From the sequence record SRR22947725_6733: a stretch of 64,000 bases of DNA, one strand, 5' to 3'. Each line of letters begins with the position of its first letter. The stretch's first letter is position 1. A program made the translations under genes and the position numbers. The notes under the pieces are model-generated. The model ran no database searches. It was not told the origin of the DNA and saw only the letters and a program-made list of their open reading frames with translations. Below, one piece after another: positions 30,001 to 39,932 of the stretch.

Positions 30001-30499
30001 TATTCAAAAAATGGCATCGGATTACAAGGCGAATCTTGCCGTGAAATCACCTTTCAAGGAGTTCGCTTTGACGCTCAAGGGAGGCGATGTCGAAGCAGGT
30101 AAACGGATCTTTTTTGAGCGAGAGGAAGTAGCTTGTTTGAGATGCCACAAAATTAAAGGCAACGGTGGCGAAGTCGGTCCTGTTCTGGACGGTTTGGCTT
30201 CCCGCCAAAACATGGACTACATTTTGGAATCCATTATCTATCCCAACAATTCCATTGCTGAGGGGTATGAAAGTGTCCTGATTGAAACCAAGGATGACAA
30301 CTATTTCGCGGGTCTGATCAAAGAGGAAAACGAAGAAAAAATTGTATTGAACTCGCCTGAAGACGGGATCATCACAATCGATGCGGACAACATCAATTCA
30401 CGTGAAAAAGGCTTGTCGGGTATGCCTGAAGGTCTCTATCTGATGCTTTCAAAACGTGAGATCAGAGATTTGATAGCCTATCTTGGCAGCCTCAAGTGA
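27095..30499 (+). CDS. PVC-type membrane-bound dehydrogenase-like protein with HEAT repeats and c-type heme domain
   Basis: EDRDGDG.AD, GLRNPQELAFD, HEAT-like helical repeats, CLRCH, GP.LDG, S.MPEGL. Confidence 0.9.
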   Translation: MYSHHRMAHVCLSIKRFGISIAAGLCIGVFGAELGNPVSDPVRVKSASDEARLAMKGFSLPDGYQVELTAAEPHLANPVAFHIDERGRFFVVETFRHGQGVLDIRGRRGWPNQDFIDSLTEERLETLSDELLDADLSSRTVDDRIAMLRYYMGDKAERELASETDQVRLVEDRDGDGVADHSSIFADGFNQIADGLASGVLARNGKVYFTNIPDLWLLEDEDGDGIAEKRESLHYGFGVRVGFLGHDLHGLKIGPDGKLYFSIGDRGSHVKTKDGRVVGMADTGTVFRCNLDGSDLEVFAYGLRNPQELAFDAYGNLFTGDNNSDGGDQARWVYVVEGGDSGWRIGYQFLNKPVPRGPWNAEKLWHPQWQGQAAYLVPPIANIGNGPSGLTYHPGTGFSDALKDHFFLVDFKGSPANSGIHTIKMSPKGATFEIAKLDSIIWNVLATDADFGVDGGLYLTDWVEGWAVTGKGRIYRILEEEVTDTDLVTETKALLADGMTNRSSRALAKLLEHPDMRVRQEAQFELANRGASSIEHFEGVLKYGDSLFAKLHAIWGLGQIIPTYSNAVGPVLDALFATEDEVRGQAAKVAGNHRIKSAFGRLAALCADDTSARVRFFAAKSLGKYGRRESIPPLVAMLEANNDEDPYLRHAGVMGLAGVQDFRWLNDIVSHPSSAVRMGALLAMRRLERPEIAQFLHDEDSLLVTEAARAINDVPIEAATRDLANLTDDDNLSEPAWRRVVNANFRLGREEYAQQLGAIAVNETIEANIRVEALQALADWGSPSGRDRVTGIWSPLAGYRSIEDARRAVQSAMPQLADHRFQDLTSALIEAVQAVKLETASAWLLGTLRNDELSDSTRSDALEALAQLAESALVNEAVQFALEKGSKKLQREALRWQAQSADSLQAIKFALEGEDIQGQQAAIASLARDTTQQAMDLTGKLMTQLVSGELSDALSLDVIELVEERGTPAIQKMASDYKANLAVKSPFKEFALTLKGGDVEAGKRIFFEREEVACLRCHKIKGNGGEVGPVLDGLASRQNMDYILESIIYPNNSIAEGYESVLIETKDDNYFAGLIKEENEEKIVLNSPEDGIITIDADNINSREKGLSGMPEGLYLMLSKREIRDLIAYLGSLK

Positions 30500-30547
30500 G
30501 GCAGAATTGCATTGCCTATCGCCTACATATCTGGCACTGGTCTCACT

Positions 30548-32206
30548 ATGAAGCTTCAACCTCTGTCCTTCATAAAAATATCGCTGGTATTTTCAATGCT
30601 CATCGCTTTGTCGGCTGCGCGTGCCAATGACGCAGCGTCGCCCACATTGCTGGGCTCCTGGCATTTCCAAGGTGCTGCCATCATTCGATCAGAAGAAGGT
30701 GGGGACGCATTGAAAAGAATCCTTTCAGCAAAAGAAACAGCCCCTGTTCGGGAGCTGGTCATCGCCAAGTTGGCCGGTGCGCCAGATCAACTGTTTTACG
30801 GCTTGGGTGCTCAGGCGCTTGACACGCGCGTGAAGCTACTTTCGCCGATCATTTCCGATATGATCGAGCATGTTTCCTACGGGGAGATTCATGCAACAGC
30901 TGCCAGTTCGATCAATTTATCATTGGCTATAAAACTGCCTGCAGATCGCCAATCCAGTTGGAATATTAATCTTCGGCGATATGTTGCCAGTCTTGGATGG
31001 GAATTAAGCCCTCCCTTGAGTCAGGGATTGACTTCGGAATGGGATGCAACCTCACAGAATTCAGGCTTCTTGATGCGTTATATCAAGAAAGACGACTGGC
31101 TCTTGATCAGTGTGGGATCTGATGCACTTACTCAGATTCTTGAGTGGAGCCGGGATTTCAATAATGGAGCCGTATTTCACTCGCTCCAAACCACAGACAG
31201 TTGGTGGTCGCTTGATGCCAAGTTAGACACTCTATCCCAATTATTCGGAGGAAATACTCAACAAAGCCTCAAATCGATTACTTTGAAGTCTATTGGTGAT
31301 GGTGAATATCTGAGGTCTGGGGGGCATATTCAGTTTTCTCAAGCCATGGATGATTCTATTTCCGACTGGATGATCCCAACAAATCGCATTCAGGAGCCGG
31401 TCGTGAGCTTTTCGGCGCAGCGCAATTTACAGCCACTGCTAACGCAAATACCAGGTATGAGGAAACTGTTCCCTCAAGGAGTTCCAAAACAATCAGTCGC
31501 CTGGTCTCGTCCCTCCAGAGTTCAAAATACGCGTGCTGCGCAAGACTCCGCACCCATGTATCTCACGTATGCTACCTGGCCCGTAGGTGGTAGCGATAAC
31601 GCAAAATCCGTTCAGTCGATTCAAGGCGGATTAGCTGATGTTTTGGGGACAAATCTCCTCAATAGCGGGCGCATGTTGCTCTCCAGTAATCAATTGTTAA
31701 ATGCCTTAAGCCTCAAGATAAGGCCTGCTTTCATCCAGCCATTTGTGCAAGGAATCGAGTATGCCGGCGAAAATTACCATATGGCCGGCCTAACTTACAT
31801 GATCTTGAATCGAACGAATCCTCCTCCGCCTTCGTTATTCGGTCAGATTACCAAACATCCTAGGCTGCGCTACTATCATTGGGAGAGGTCAGATGAAAAA
31901 CTGTTTCAGTATCGGAATTTAATTAACCTGGTTGGATTCCTGTTCGGAAAAGGTCAACTCCTGCAGGATTCCCCATTATTTGCATGGACTCAATTTTTAG
32001 AGGAACAACTGGGAAACACAGTCACTCAGCTCCTTAGAAAAGAGGATGATATTCTGGAAATTCAGCGTAAATCTCAGCTTGGCCTGAATGCCTTTGAAAT
32101 TGCTCTATTGGCTCGTTGGATCCATTCCGAATCGTTCCCTTGGGTTGATTTGGAAGAAATAACTCACTGGGAGTTCCCCACCACCCCAAAACCCGCTCTG
32201 AAATAG
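30548..32206 (+). CDS. secreted hypothetical protein
   Basis: Long ORF with signal peptide (SAARA); no recognised motif. Confidence 0.75.
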   Translation: MKLQPLSFIKISLVFSMLIALSAARANDAASPTLLGSWHFQGAAIIRSEEGGDALKRILSAKETAPVRELVIAKLAGAPDQLFYGLGAQALDTRVKLLSPIISDMIEHVSYGEIHATAASSINLSLAIKLPADRQSSWNINLRRYVASLGWELSPPLSQGLTSEWDATSQNSGFLMRYIKKDDWLLISVGSDALTQILEWSRDFNNGAVFHSLQTTDSWWSLDAKLDTLSQLFGGNTQQSLKSITLKSIGDGEYLRSGGHIQFSQAMDDSISDWMIPTNRIQEPVVSFSAQRNLQPLLTQIPGMRKLFPQGVPKQSVAWSRPSRVQNTRAAQDSAPMYLTYATWPVGGSDNAKSVQSIQGGLADVLGTNLLNSGRMLLSSNQLLNALSLKIRPAFIQPFVQGIEYAGENYHMAGLTYMILNRTNPPPPSLFGQITKHPRLRYYHWERSDEKLFQYRNLINLVGFLFGKGQLLQDSPLFAWTQFLEEQLGNTVTQLLRKEDDILEIQRKSQLGLNAFEIALLARWIHSESFPWVDLEEITHWEFPTTPKPALK

Positions 32207-32216
32207 CCATAAAAAA

Positions 32217-32954
32217 ATGCTTAAGTTAGGTGTCAATATTGATCACACAGCTACCCTGCGCGAAGCTCGCTATCGTGGGCAGCCAGAAGGAGAGCCAGAC
32301 CCAATTGAAGCTGCCTTAGCATGTATAGATGCAGGTTGTCACGGAATTACGGCTCATCTAAGAGAGGATCGGCGGCACATTCAGGACAACGATATTGATC
32401 GTTTGGTAAGTGTGCTGACTGTTCCTTTGAATTTTGAAATTGCTAATACCCCTGAAATGATTGCAAAAGCGCTTGAAATCAGGCCTGCTGCGGTCTGCAT
32501 GGTGCCTGAAAAGCGTGAAGAAGTCACAACTGAAGGAGGTCTTGATGTGGCATCGCAATTGGAACCTATTTCGAAATCGGTGACTGAGCTGCAAGGCAAA
32601 GGGACCGAAGTCAGTTTGTTTATTGATCCGGATGAAGAGGCCATTCGGGCGTCTCATTCGACAGGAGCCAAGGCCATCGAGCTGCACACAGGAGCTTATG
32701 CTGAGTCCTTTTCTCAGACTTCCGAGAGAAAGAAAGAGTTGGAACGTCTATCGATCGCATCCAACCTGGCTCACAGTCTGGGAATGAAAGTAAATGCAGG
32801 GCATGGTTTGAATTATACCAATCTTACCGGTTTGCTTGAAGTTCCCTGGCTGGAAGAATTGAACATAGGGCACAGTATTGTTGCACGTGCATTGACTGTT
32901 GGATTTGAAAGAGCCGTGCGGGAGATGCTGGAACTGATGGCTAACCCTGATTGA
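32217..32954 (+). CDS. pdxJ: pyridoxine 5'-phosphate synthase
   Basis: LGVNIDH.ATLR, HLREDRRHI, VPEKREEVTTEGGLD, ELHTG, NAGHGL, ELNIGH. Confidence 0.97.
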   Translation: MLKLGVNIDHTATLREARYRGQPEGEPDPIEAALACIDAGCHGITAHLREDRRHIQDNDIDRLVSVLTVPLNFEIANTPEMIAKALEIRPAAVCMVPEKREEVTTEGGLDVASQLEPISKSVTELQGKGTEVSLFIDPDEEAIRASHSTGAKAIELHTGAYAESFSQTSERKKELERLSIASNLAHSLGMKVNAGHGLNYTNLTGLLEVPWLEELNIGHSIVARALTVGFERAVREMLELMANPD

Positions 32955-32974
32955 GATTTGTTCAGCAGATTTTT

Positions 32975-33016
32975 CAACAAAAAAGCCATGCTCGTTGGAG
33001 CATGGCTTTTTTGTTG
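32975..33016. terminator. bidirectional intrinsic terminator
   Basis: Perfect 19-bp inverted repeat caacaaaaaagccatgctc-gttg-gagcatggcttttttgttg between convergent genes. Confidence 0.9.
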
Positions 33017-33035
33017 TTGCAGATTTATGAACCAA

Positions 33036-33920
33036 CTACTGGTTTCCGTATGGTAATGGTTGTCCGTCGCATCGAGCTGAAGTTCTTTGCTGCACCCAGA
33101 TGGCGTCTCGGCTTCCAGCCACAGCAAGTCTAGAAACTGAGCCATTACGGGCTGGCAGATCAGTATTGGGATCAGTCCATTTCTTAATTTCACTGTGCCC
33201 GTCCAGGAATGCAAAATTAGCGGCTCTGTTATGGTAGGTAGCCGGCCAATCGATCCATTCCTGCCGGTTCATTCCCACCGCAAAACCGGCGTCATTGATA
33301 CTGCGTTCGTCTTCGTCCAAAAACACCCACAGATTGGATGGACCAGGGCTTGTGGCATCGGATTCCTTGCCGTATGTTTTATATGGTCTGCATGCACTAT
33401 GTCCGTGAGCGTTGTCCAACCAAGGTCCATTCACTGCCTGTTTCTTCGAGTTTGATATTGTTCCAACCGCTTGGCTCATCGCCCACGAGCGCACCCTCGG
33501 AACAACTTTACCACCCACCTTTACTGTGCTTCTGTCTGCGGGACACCTGAAGATCTGGTGTGATCCCACATAAGGCCCCAATTTGGATGTTCTTGGGTCC
33601 AGTAACATCTGAAAATTCGTGGCGTGTTGTTGATTATTCATGCTACCAGCGCACCAATTGTTCCCACTGGTATTGCCGTCGTCTGGATTTGGTGGCAGCC
33701 AATCTTCGTTGTCCGTAGCATAGATCTTGAACGCGAGCATCATTTGGCGTCCATTGTTCATGCATTTGATGCCTTGGGCCTTGGTCTTGGCCTTACTCAA
33801 AGCGGGCAGTAGCATGCCTGCGAGTATGGCAATAATCGCAATCACCACCAAAAGCTCGATCAAAGTGAATCCTTTCTTCAGGCGACCTTGATGCTGCTGA
33901 TTTTTTGTTTTGATATTCAT
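33036..33920 (-). CDS. prepilin-type N-terminal cleavage/methylation plus H-X9-DG domain protein
   Basis: [46 protein letters not shown]. Confidence 0.95.
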   Translation of the reverse strand: MNIKTKNQQHQGRLKKGFTLIELLVVIAIIAILAGMLLPALSKAKTKAQGIKCMNNGRQMMLAFKIYATDNEDWLPPNPDDGNTSGNNWCAGSMNNQQHATNFQMLLDPRTSKLGPYVGSHQIFRCPADRSTVKVGGKVVPRVRSWAMSQAVGTISNSKKQAVNGPWLDNAHGHSACRPYKTYGKESDATSPGPSNLWVFLDEDERSINDAGFAVGMNRQEWIDWPATYHNRAANFAFLDGHSEIKKWTDPNTDLPARNGSVSRLAVAGSRDAIWVQQRTSARCDGQPLPYGNQ

Positions 33921-34529
33921 ACGTGTTGATCTTGTCTCTATTAAGTAAAAAGCTAACCAATTTTCTAACTTTTAAGTTTAACTTTTGTCAACTTCTAGAT
34001 GAGTCGTAAAGGAACGACAACTGTGCGTTTGTAGGCACAAACAGCCTGTAACTGAATACGCGCGTTATCTGCGGCATCCAGCTTATGAGTAACGACCTTT
34101 TTTGGTCATATGAGATCTCTTGTGTTACCAAAAAAGTGTTTTGGCGTATCTCCTTTTGTTGACCCTTGTCAAGGTTGCCTGAGATTGGTCGGGCCTTCTC
34201 ATCGAATAACAAAGTCGGCACTTTCATTTGCACATGTATGGAGAGAATCGTTCTTTATTGCCGAATAAGTAGACACTGCTTCATCCGAACGTTACACTTT
34301 AAGTCTCCACAAGAGGAATTCAAATTGTTCCATTCGTGAAACATGAGGCATCGACTCATTCATGGCCTGATGGCTTCAAAATTCTAAAATTGCTGACACA
34401 AATATTCTGTTTAGAAGATCTTGTGAGCAGTGCGATGCAGGAGGTATAAGGAACAAATAGTCGTTTTCGGTTTACTGCAAACCAAACATTTTCAGGGCGA
34501 AACCACAAGCTCATCTGTGCACCATTCCA

Positions 34530-34817
34530 ATGAACATGGAAGCAAAACAAGAAAAAGCTATCAGTCAATTATTCGAAGCCAAATTGCTTCAAATAGTGCG
34601 TCGTTATAATGAGGATGCGCACGCCTTCGATATGTCGGCCTCGGTTTTCGATCACGCCCTTGGAATGGATTCCTTGGATCTGGCAGAAGTATTTTCGTGG
34701 ATCGAACATCAATTTGGTGATTCACCTTTAGACGATCAGGGCCCGCAATTTGAGACCTGGAATGATTTAGTTCAATGGGTCGTTAGCTGCCAGAAAGATC
34801 GTTCTGCTGTTTATTAA
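34530..34817 (+). CDS. divergent acyl/peptidyl carrier protein
   Basis: LGMDSLDLAEV...IE.QFG motif, 95 aa. Confidence 0.75.
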   Translation: MNMEAKQEKAISQLFEAKLLQIVRRYNEDAHAFDMSASVFDHALGMDSLDLAEVFSWIEHQFGDSPLDDQGPQFETWNDLVQWVVSCQKDRSAVY

Positions 34818-34857
34818 GGCTTAACAAGTAGAGAATTTTAATTAGCATTTGCAACAG

Positions 34858-36759
34858 ATGCCAAAAAACCGGAAAAGAAGAGGGAAGTCCAGTGGTTGGA
34901 GACGCAAACTGGAGCAAAAAGCGGGACAATCAGCTTTGTTGTCCATCATGATCAACAAGCCAGGATTCCGTTACACTGTATTAAGCCTTATTTTTGCGTT
35001 TCTTTGTGCAGGGTTTTACATGGCCCCTCTTTGGAACATTGCCCCTGATGGCAGCGAGCTAAAGGTCAAGTCGAGTCTCTACAAAATCCGGCAAGTAAAG
35101 CAACTCAAGGCCAGAGCTGTCGCCGCAATAGATCAACAAAATTGGAGTGAAGCAGCCTACCAGTTGCGTGTGGCATTGTTGAAAAATAGTATCGATCCGA
35201 CCCTTTATCGTATGATGCTTACCAATAGTATGAGCATGGAATCGTTGGATCCCTCGGATATCGGAGATCTGACCAAGCGCAGCGAAAAGCTTTTAACCAT
35301 TACCAGCAACAATCTTTCCGATCTTGACCTTGTCATTTCCTTCATGAATCGGCAAGGGCTGCATGAGCAGTTGACCGATACTTTACTTGCTTGTGAAAAA
35401 CTTGCTCCCAATCAAGCTAAGAGATTGCTGGAACTGCTTTTCGAATCTGGTAGGTATGGTAGTTTCAATCAAGCCAAAGAGCAATATGCTGCACAATTAC
35501 AGGAGGCATTTCCGGAGTTGAAGGCTTACGAATCCGCTTTGATCGTGTTGAATCAGGCCACATTTGATACTTCTCTGGAGGGTGTGCGATCCCTCAATTC
35601 AATGGCAGATGGAAGCGATGAACTCAGTGCTATCTCACGCAAACTGCTTTTGCAGATTTACAGTCATTTTGAATTATTGGATGGATATGATGCAGTATTC
35701 AGGGAGGTAAAGAAAAATCAAGAAGATCAACCCGTCCAGCATGTTGCATACTGGGAACTACTCATTGCAGCAAAGCAGCCCAAAAAGGCTATTTTCGAAG
35801 CCGCTCAATATTGGCCGCTTCTGGTAAATCGTCCAATCAACAGACTGAATGAAGTGCTCCAAATAGCTCATGCTTACCAACAGGTTGGAATACCAAAGAA
35901 ATCATTTGAATTGTTAGATCAAACACAGCCACGATTTGAGGATGAAGCTGCTTATTGGGTAGGCTATGGAGACTTGTTGCTTGGGACCGAAAACTGGCTT
36001 GAAGCAACGGCGCTGGCCGTAAAGCTTCGCAGTCAAAAGGCAGGTGTTAAATTATTGAAACCTTATGCCTATTATCTGGAGGGTATCTCACAGGGGGAAT
36101 TAAATCGACGACCCTCAGCTTCAAACGCATTCTCGGAACTCATCAAACTAAGCCCGCTCAAGGATAAAACAAATGTCTTAAAAATGGTAAACGGAATGTT
36201 AAGCGTAGGGTTGGCAGCTGAAGCGCTGGAATTTCTTCAGCTGCATGATGCGTCATTGCAAGATCGTGTGTCCTACTCGCTTCTGCTCTATCGTTCAGCT
36301 AAAGCGGCTGGTAACTCCACCATACTGTCGGAAGCTGATCAGGCTTTGTTTGAGTTGCGTTCCGACATGCCTGATACAGATGTTCGCCGTCTTGAGACAG
36401 CCATTCTCGTGCTTGATGATACCGTAAAGGCTCTGGAATCCTTCTTGGCGTCTCGATCCGAAGCTGCAATGGACGACACGCATCGTCTGTTGGTAGCTTG
36501 TGCGTACATGCTGCAAGAGAATGATCAAAAGGCAGCCCAATGGCTCAAGACCATTGATAAAAATAAATTGGGGGATCGTGAATCTGCGATCTATGCCTTT
36601 GTAAATGTTGAATGGCTTGTTCGGAATGGTCGTAGTGAGGAAGCCAGAAAGCAACTTGCGCTTCTCAATCGGCAGGATTTATTTCCGACTCAAGCCTTTC
36701 GGCTTGAAGCTCTGGAGTTGCAGGTCACAACGCCTGATCCTTTACTTTTTGATCAATGA
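34858..36759 (+). CDS. membrane-anchored TPR-like helical protein
   Basis: Basic N-terminus, one TM, Ala/Leu-rich helical repeats. Confidence 0.75.
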   Translation: MPKNRKRRGKSSGWRRKLEQKAGQSALLSIMINKPGFRYTVLSLIFAFLCAGFYMAPLWNIAPDGSELKVKSSLYKIRQVKQLKARAVAAIDQQNWSEAAYQLRVALLKNSIDPTLYRMMLTNSMSMESLDPSDIGDLTKRSEKLLTITSNNLSDLDLVISFMNRQGLHEQLTDTLLACEKLAPNQAKRLLELLFESGRYGSFNQAKEQYAAQLQEAFPELKAYESALIVLNQATFDTSLEGVRSLNSMADGSDELSAISRKLLLQIYSHFELLDGYDAVFREVKKNQEDQPVQHVAYWELLIAAKQPKKAIFEAAQYWPLLVNRPINRLNEVLQIAHAYQQVGIPKKSFELLDQTQPRFEDEAAYWVGYGDLLLGTENWLEATALAVKLRSQKAGVKLLKPYAYYLEGISQGELNRRPSASNAFSELIKLSPLKDKTNVLKMVNGMLSVGLAAEALEFLQLHDASLQDRVSYSLLLYRSAKAAGNSTILSEADQALFELRSDMPDTDVRRLETAILVLDDTVKALESFLASRSEAAMDDTHRLLVACAYMLQENDQKAAQWLKTIDKNKLGDRESAIYAFVNVEWLVRNGRSEEARKQLALLNRQDLFPTQAFRLEALELQVTTPDPLLFDQ

Positions 36760-37054
36760 TTTCCTGAAGTAAACCTTGAGCAGGCTACTCTGGGGGATCG
36801 AAAAACCTGCATATGTTTTTCCGATTTCCAAGACAAAGAGGACACTCCCAGGGTTATTTGCTTCATCTTCTCATTCGGGATTGGAAATTCCGAATGGCGC
36901 TAGGCTTCTCAGCGATCATCGTTCTGAGCCTTTCAGTCCTGCTACCCGGGATGTAGAGAGTTTCCCCACCGGGTTATCTGTCTGTTTCCAGAGTCAGTGG
37001 GTTGGGTTTTTTCAAGCCTGGCCCCTCAAGCTACAGGCTCTGAAGTAGACATCT

Positions 37055-37282
37055 GAACAACGTTTTGACCTCGTGATTTCCTCTTGGAATGCGAGTATAG
37101 CGAACAGGGCATTTGATGATTTGGCAGTCTTTGAACTTTATTGCCTTGAATCGAACTGAGATCAGGCTCGTGATGTTTTGCGAGCCATGAAAAGAGAAAA
37201 ATTGCTTCCTCCTCAGCAAGTATGGCTTGCTGACACTGTTAAGTATCATCAGCTATCCGTTATATCCGATCCCTCCGGTTGA
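37055..37282 (+). pseudogene. remnant of a paralogue of the upstream TPR-like protein
   Basis: FELYCLESN*DQARDVLRAMKREKLLPPQQVWL (TGA 37157-37159) aligns by eye with upstream VEWLVRNGRSEEARKQLALLNRQDLFPTQAFRL. Confidence 0.45.
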
Positions 37283-37309
37283 TAAACAGTGGCCATGAGT
37301 GAGTTTTTT

Positions 37310-37338
37310 TTGCAATGAATCCTAACTTCATCTAACAT
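37310..37338 (+). promoter_or_regulatory. sigma70-like promoter
   Basis: TTGCAA-17-TAACAT, 11 nt before ATG 37350. Confidence 0.55.
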
Positions 37339-37349
37339 TTGAATTTCCA

Positions 37350-38771
37350 ATGAATAACCATATCTTCTTCTTTTTATTTGGTAATCTTGCACTGTCCCTG
37401 ATTTGTTCCATCAAGGCTGATGTAAGACTTCCCAGCATCATCGGTGATCACATGGTTCTTCAGAAAGAATCAAATGTGACAATTTGGGGTTGGGCCAACC
37501 CTGCTGAAAAAGTCCAGGTGATTCCAAGTTGGAATGATTCCATCAACGAGACTTCCGCTGATAGTGGGGGGAGCTGGTCTGTCTCAATCCTCACTCCTAA
37601 TGCAGGCGGTCCTTACTCGATGCAAGTTGCAGGATCCAATTCCATTGAATTAAAGGATATCTTAATCGGCGAAGTATGGGTTTGCGGTGGTCAGAGCAAC
37701 ATGGAATGGAGCGGTAACCATGGTCTTCAGCAATGCAAGGATGAAGCTCCGAATGCCAATGACCCCAACATTCGTTTTTTCTACATCCCCAAAACAACGG
37801 CACGTTTTCCACAAGATCGTTGTGAGGGCATCTGGAAGGTTTGCACTCCTGAGGAAATGATGCGTTTCAGTGCCGTGGGTTACTTTTTTGGAAAGCAATT
37901 GCGTCAAAAACTTGAGGCTCCAATGGGCTTGATCAACAGTAACTGGGGTGGAACGCCAGCCGAAGTTTGGACACCTCGCGAGTTGGTGGAAAGTGATTCG
38001 GAATTACAAGTGGCAGCCAGTCAGATTCAACCTTTTGCATGGTGGCCAAAAGATGCTGGGCTTTGCTATAATGCCATGATCCATCCCATCACCTCCTATC
38101 GAATCGCCGGTGCAATCTGGTATCAAGGAGAAAGCAACGTAGACATTGCTTATGCCTATGAAAAATTGTTCACTAAAATGATTGGGGCATGGCGCACTGC
38201 CTGGAAACAAAACTTTCCATTTTACTTCGTGCAGATTGCTCCCTACTCATATGGGAATCCCAGTGTTTGCCCTCTCCTGCGTGAAGCCCAAACCAAAAGT
38301 GCATCTTATCCGAATACAGGAATGGTTGTCATAAGTGATTTGGTGGATGATGTTAAAAACATTCATCCCAACAATAAACGCGATGTCGGTCTGCGTTTAG
38401 CCAACTATGCCCTGAGTACAACTTATGGTCATAAAAATATTCCTCACCGAAATCCACAATACATTCGCATGGAGATTGAAGGTCAGAAAATCCGAGTTTT
38501 CTTTGATAACGCAGAAAGTGGCTTGGTGGCGCGTGGGGGGGCTCCTAATGAATTTTATTTAGCAGGTGCAAATGGGAAATTTCTGCCAGCCAGCGCCAAA
38601 ATTGATGGTAGCACAGTTTTAGTATTCAGTGACAAAATAAGCCAACCAGTGGCAGTCCGGTTCGGATTCAGCAACACGGCAATACCCAATCTATTTTCCA
38701 ATGAAGGATTGCCTGTGAATTTATTTCGGACAGACCAATATCTGATGAGTAACTCGAGAGACTCTCATTGA
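37350..38771 (+). CDS. sialate O-acetylesterase (SASA/SGNH family)
   Basis: GEVWVCGGQSNM, NWGGTPAE.W, WYQGESN, IHP.NK; signal peptide. Confidence 0.92.
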   Translation: MNNHIFFFLFGNLALSLICSIKADVRLPSIIGDHMVLQKESNVTIWGWANPAEKVQVIPSWNDSINETSADSGGSWSVSILTPNAGGPYSMQVAGSNSIELKDILIGEVWVCGGQSNMEWSGNHGLQQCKDEAPNANDPNIRFFYIPKTTARFPQDRCEGIWKVCTPEEMMRFSAVGYFFGKQLRQKLEAPMGLINSNWGGTPAEVWTPRELVESDSELQVAASQIQPFAWWPKDAGLCYNAMIHPITSYRIAGAIWYQGESNVDIAYAYEKLFTKMIGAWRTAWKQNFPFYFVQIAPYSYGNPSVCPLLREAQTKSASYPNTGMVVISDLVDDVKNIHPNNKRDVGLRLANYALSTTYGHKNIPHRNPQYIRMEIEGQKIRVFFDNAESGLVARGGAPNEFYLAGANGKFLPASAKIDGSTVLVFSDKISQPVAVRFGFSNTAIPNLFSNEGLPVNLFRTDQYLMSNSRDSH

Positions 38772-38785
38772 GACCCATTTCCATT

Positions 38786-39088
38786 TCACATAATCACTTC
38801 AAAACCTTCGAATCTTGGATGAGAAAGGTGCATGCCTTCAGGGGATTTCGCCTGACCATGAGCTTTTCGGAATGCTTCTGATTCTGTCCAATCCACAAAT
38901 ACTTTCCGAGAGGCCCAGGTTGAGTGCGAGACATAAGTGGTGTGAGTATCTTCAGCGCTGCCCTTGATAAGGTTGAACTTTTGGAAACCTGGAACTTCGT
39001 CAAGGTAAGATTCACGGTTTCTCCACATTTCTTCGAAAGCATTTTCAAAACCCGGCGCAATTTTAAATCGATTCATCGCTATGTACAC
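38786..39088 (-). CDS. antibiotic biosynthesis monooxygenase family (IsdG/HmoA-like)
   Basis: YIAMNRF, FE..W..R, W..SEAFRKAH; likely GTG start at 39088. Confidence 0.85.
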   Translation of the reverse strand: MYIAMNRFKIAPGFENAFEEMWRNRESYLDEVPGFQKFNLIKGSAEDTHTTYVSHSTWASRKVFVDWTESEAFRKAHGQAKSPEGMHLSHPRFEGFEVIM

Positions 39089-39173
39089 TCCAGAGCCTTC
39101 GCACAAGTTTCTGCTCTTGTAAAGTGATTGGATTTTTCTTTTTTTTGTTCGAGATCAAGTTTTCAATCGGCAC

Positions 39174-39494
39174 ATGCCTGTTTTCAAACATGATGATTTG
39201 GAAGCGGAGGACATGATTCCCGGATTCAAAGTTCGTTTTGTGCACGGTGAGTCGATGACCCTTGCTTACTGGGATGTGAATAAAGGTGCCGAGCTGCCTG
39301 AACATTCTCATGCTCATGAGCAAATATGTAATGTGATTTCAGGGCAATTTGAACTTGTGATTCATGGGCAATCTACGGTTCTCAAAGCCGGGGATGTTGG
39401 CGTCATCCCTTCGCATGCAGTTCACTCCGGAAAGGCATGGACCCATTGCAAAATCATAGACGCCTTTCACCCCGTCCGAGAGGACTACCAGTGA
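39174..39494 (+). CDS. cupin domain protein
   Basis: PEHSHAHEQ..VISG and IPSHAVHS cupin motifs, F.PVREDY. Confidence 0.9.
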   Translation: MPVFKHDDLEAEDMIPGFKVRFVHGESMTLAYWDVNKGAELPEHSHAHEQICNVISGQFELVIHGQSTVLKAGDVGVIPSHAVHSGKAWTHCKIIDAFHPVREDYQ

Positions 39495-39853
39495 CTTTCC
39501 TTACCATGACGATTTTCCACTGCCTGTAACAATTCCAGAATGGAAAAAGTCGATTTGAATTCCACATTACCTTTTTGTGTGGATTGGAGTTTTCGAGCTG
39601 GCTTCAGTCAGAGTGATTCATATAACTCCCAATCCTCTGGTAGCTAGAAATCCATTTCAACCTTTCGATGTCAATCATTCGGAAGAGTGGTTCTGTTTGG
39701 TGCTTGAGTGTGATTGAGGTTTGGGAACTTTCTGGCTCAACTGAGCACGGGGTTTAAAGCCTCTCGTCATGAGAGTTGAGGCATATGCTTTATCGCAAAT
39801 ATTTGCTCCCGGTTTAGTTTGGTCTCACACATGTCACGTTCCTGAAACAAGGT

Positions 39854-39882
39854 TTGCACAATGTTAACCCTGACGTTAGCTT
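39854..39882 (+). promoter_or_regulatory. sigma70-like promoter
   Basis: TTGCAC-17-TAGCTT; supports a start at 39933 rather than 39861. Confidence 0.5.
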
Positions 39883-39932
39883 TGATCATATTGAAATCGT
39901 TGAGTAATCATCTGCTCATTAACTTAATTGTT

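Noticed and set aside
26327..37159. TGA at plausible Trp positions in two remnants (26327, 37157): recoding or selenocysteine?
   Set aside because: Many intact genes here end in TGA and use TGG for Trp, and the DUF1501-like remnant also has frameshifts; ordinary nonsense mutation is simpler.
39495..39850. Minus-strand PEDWELY peptide suggesting a sulfatase remnant
   Set aside because: A single short motif among stops is not enough support.
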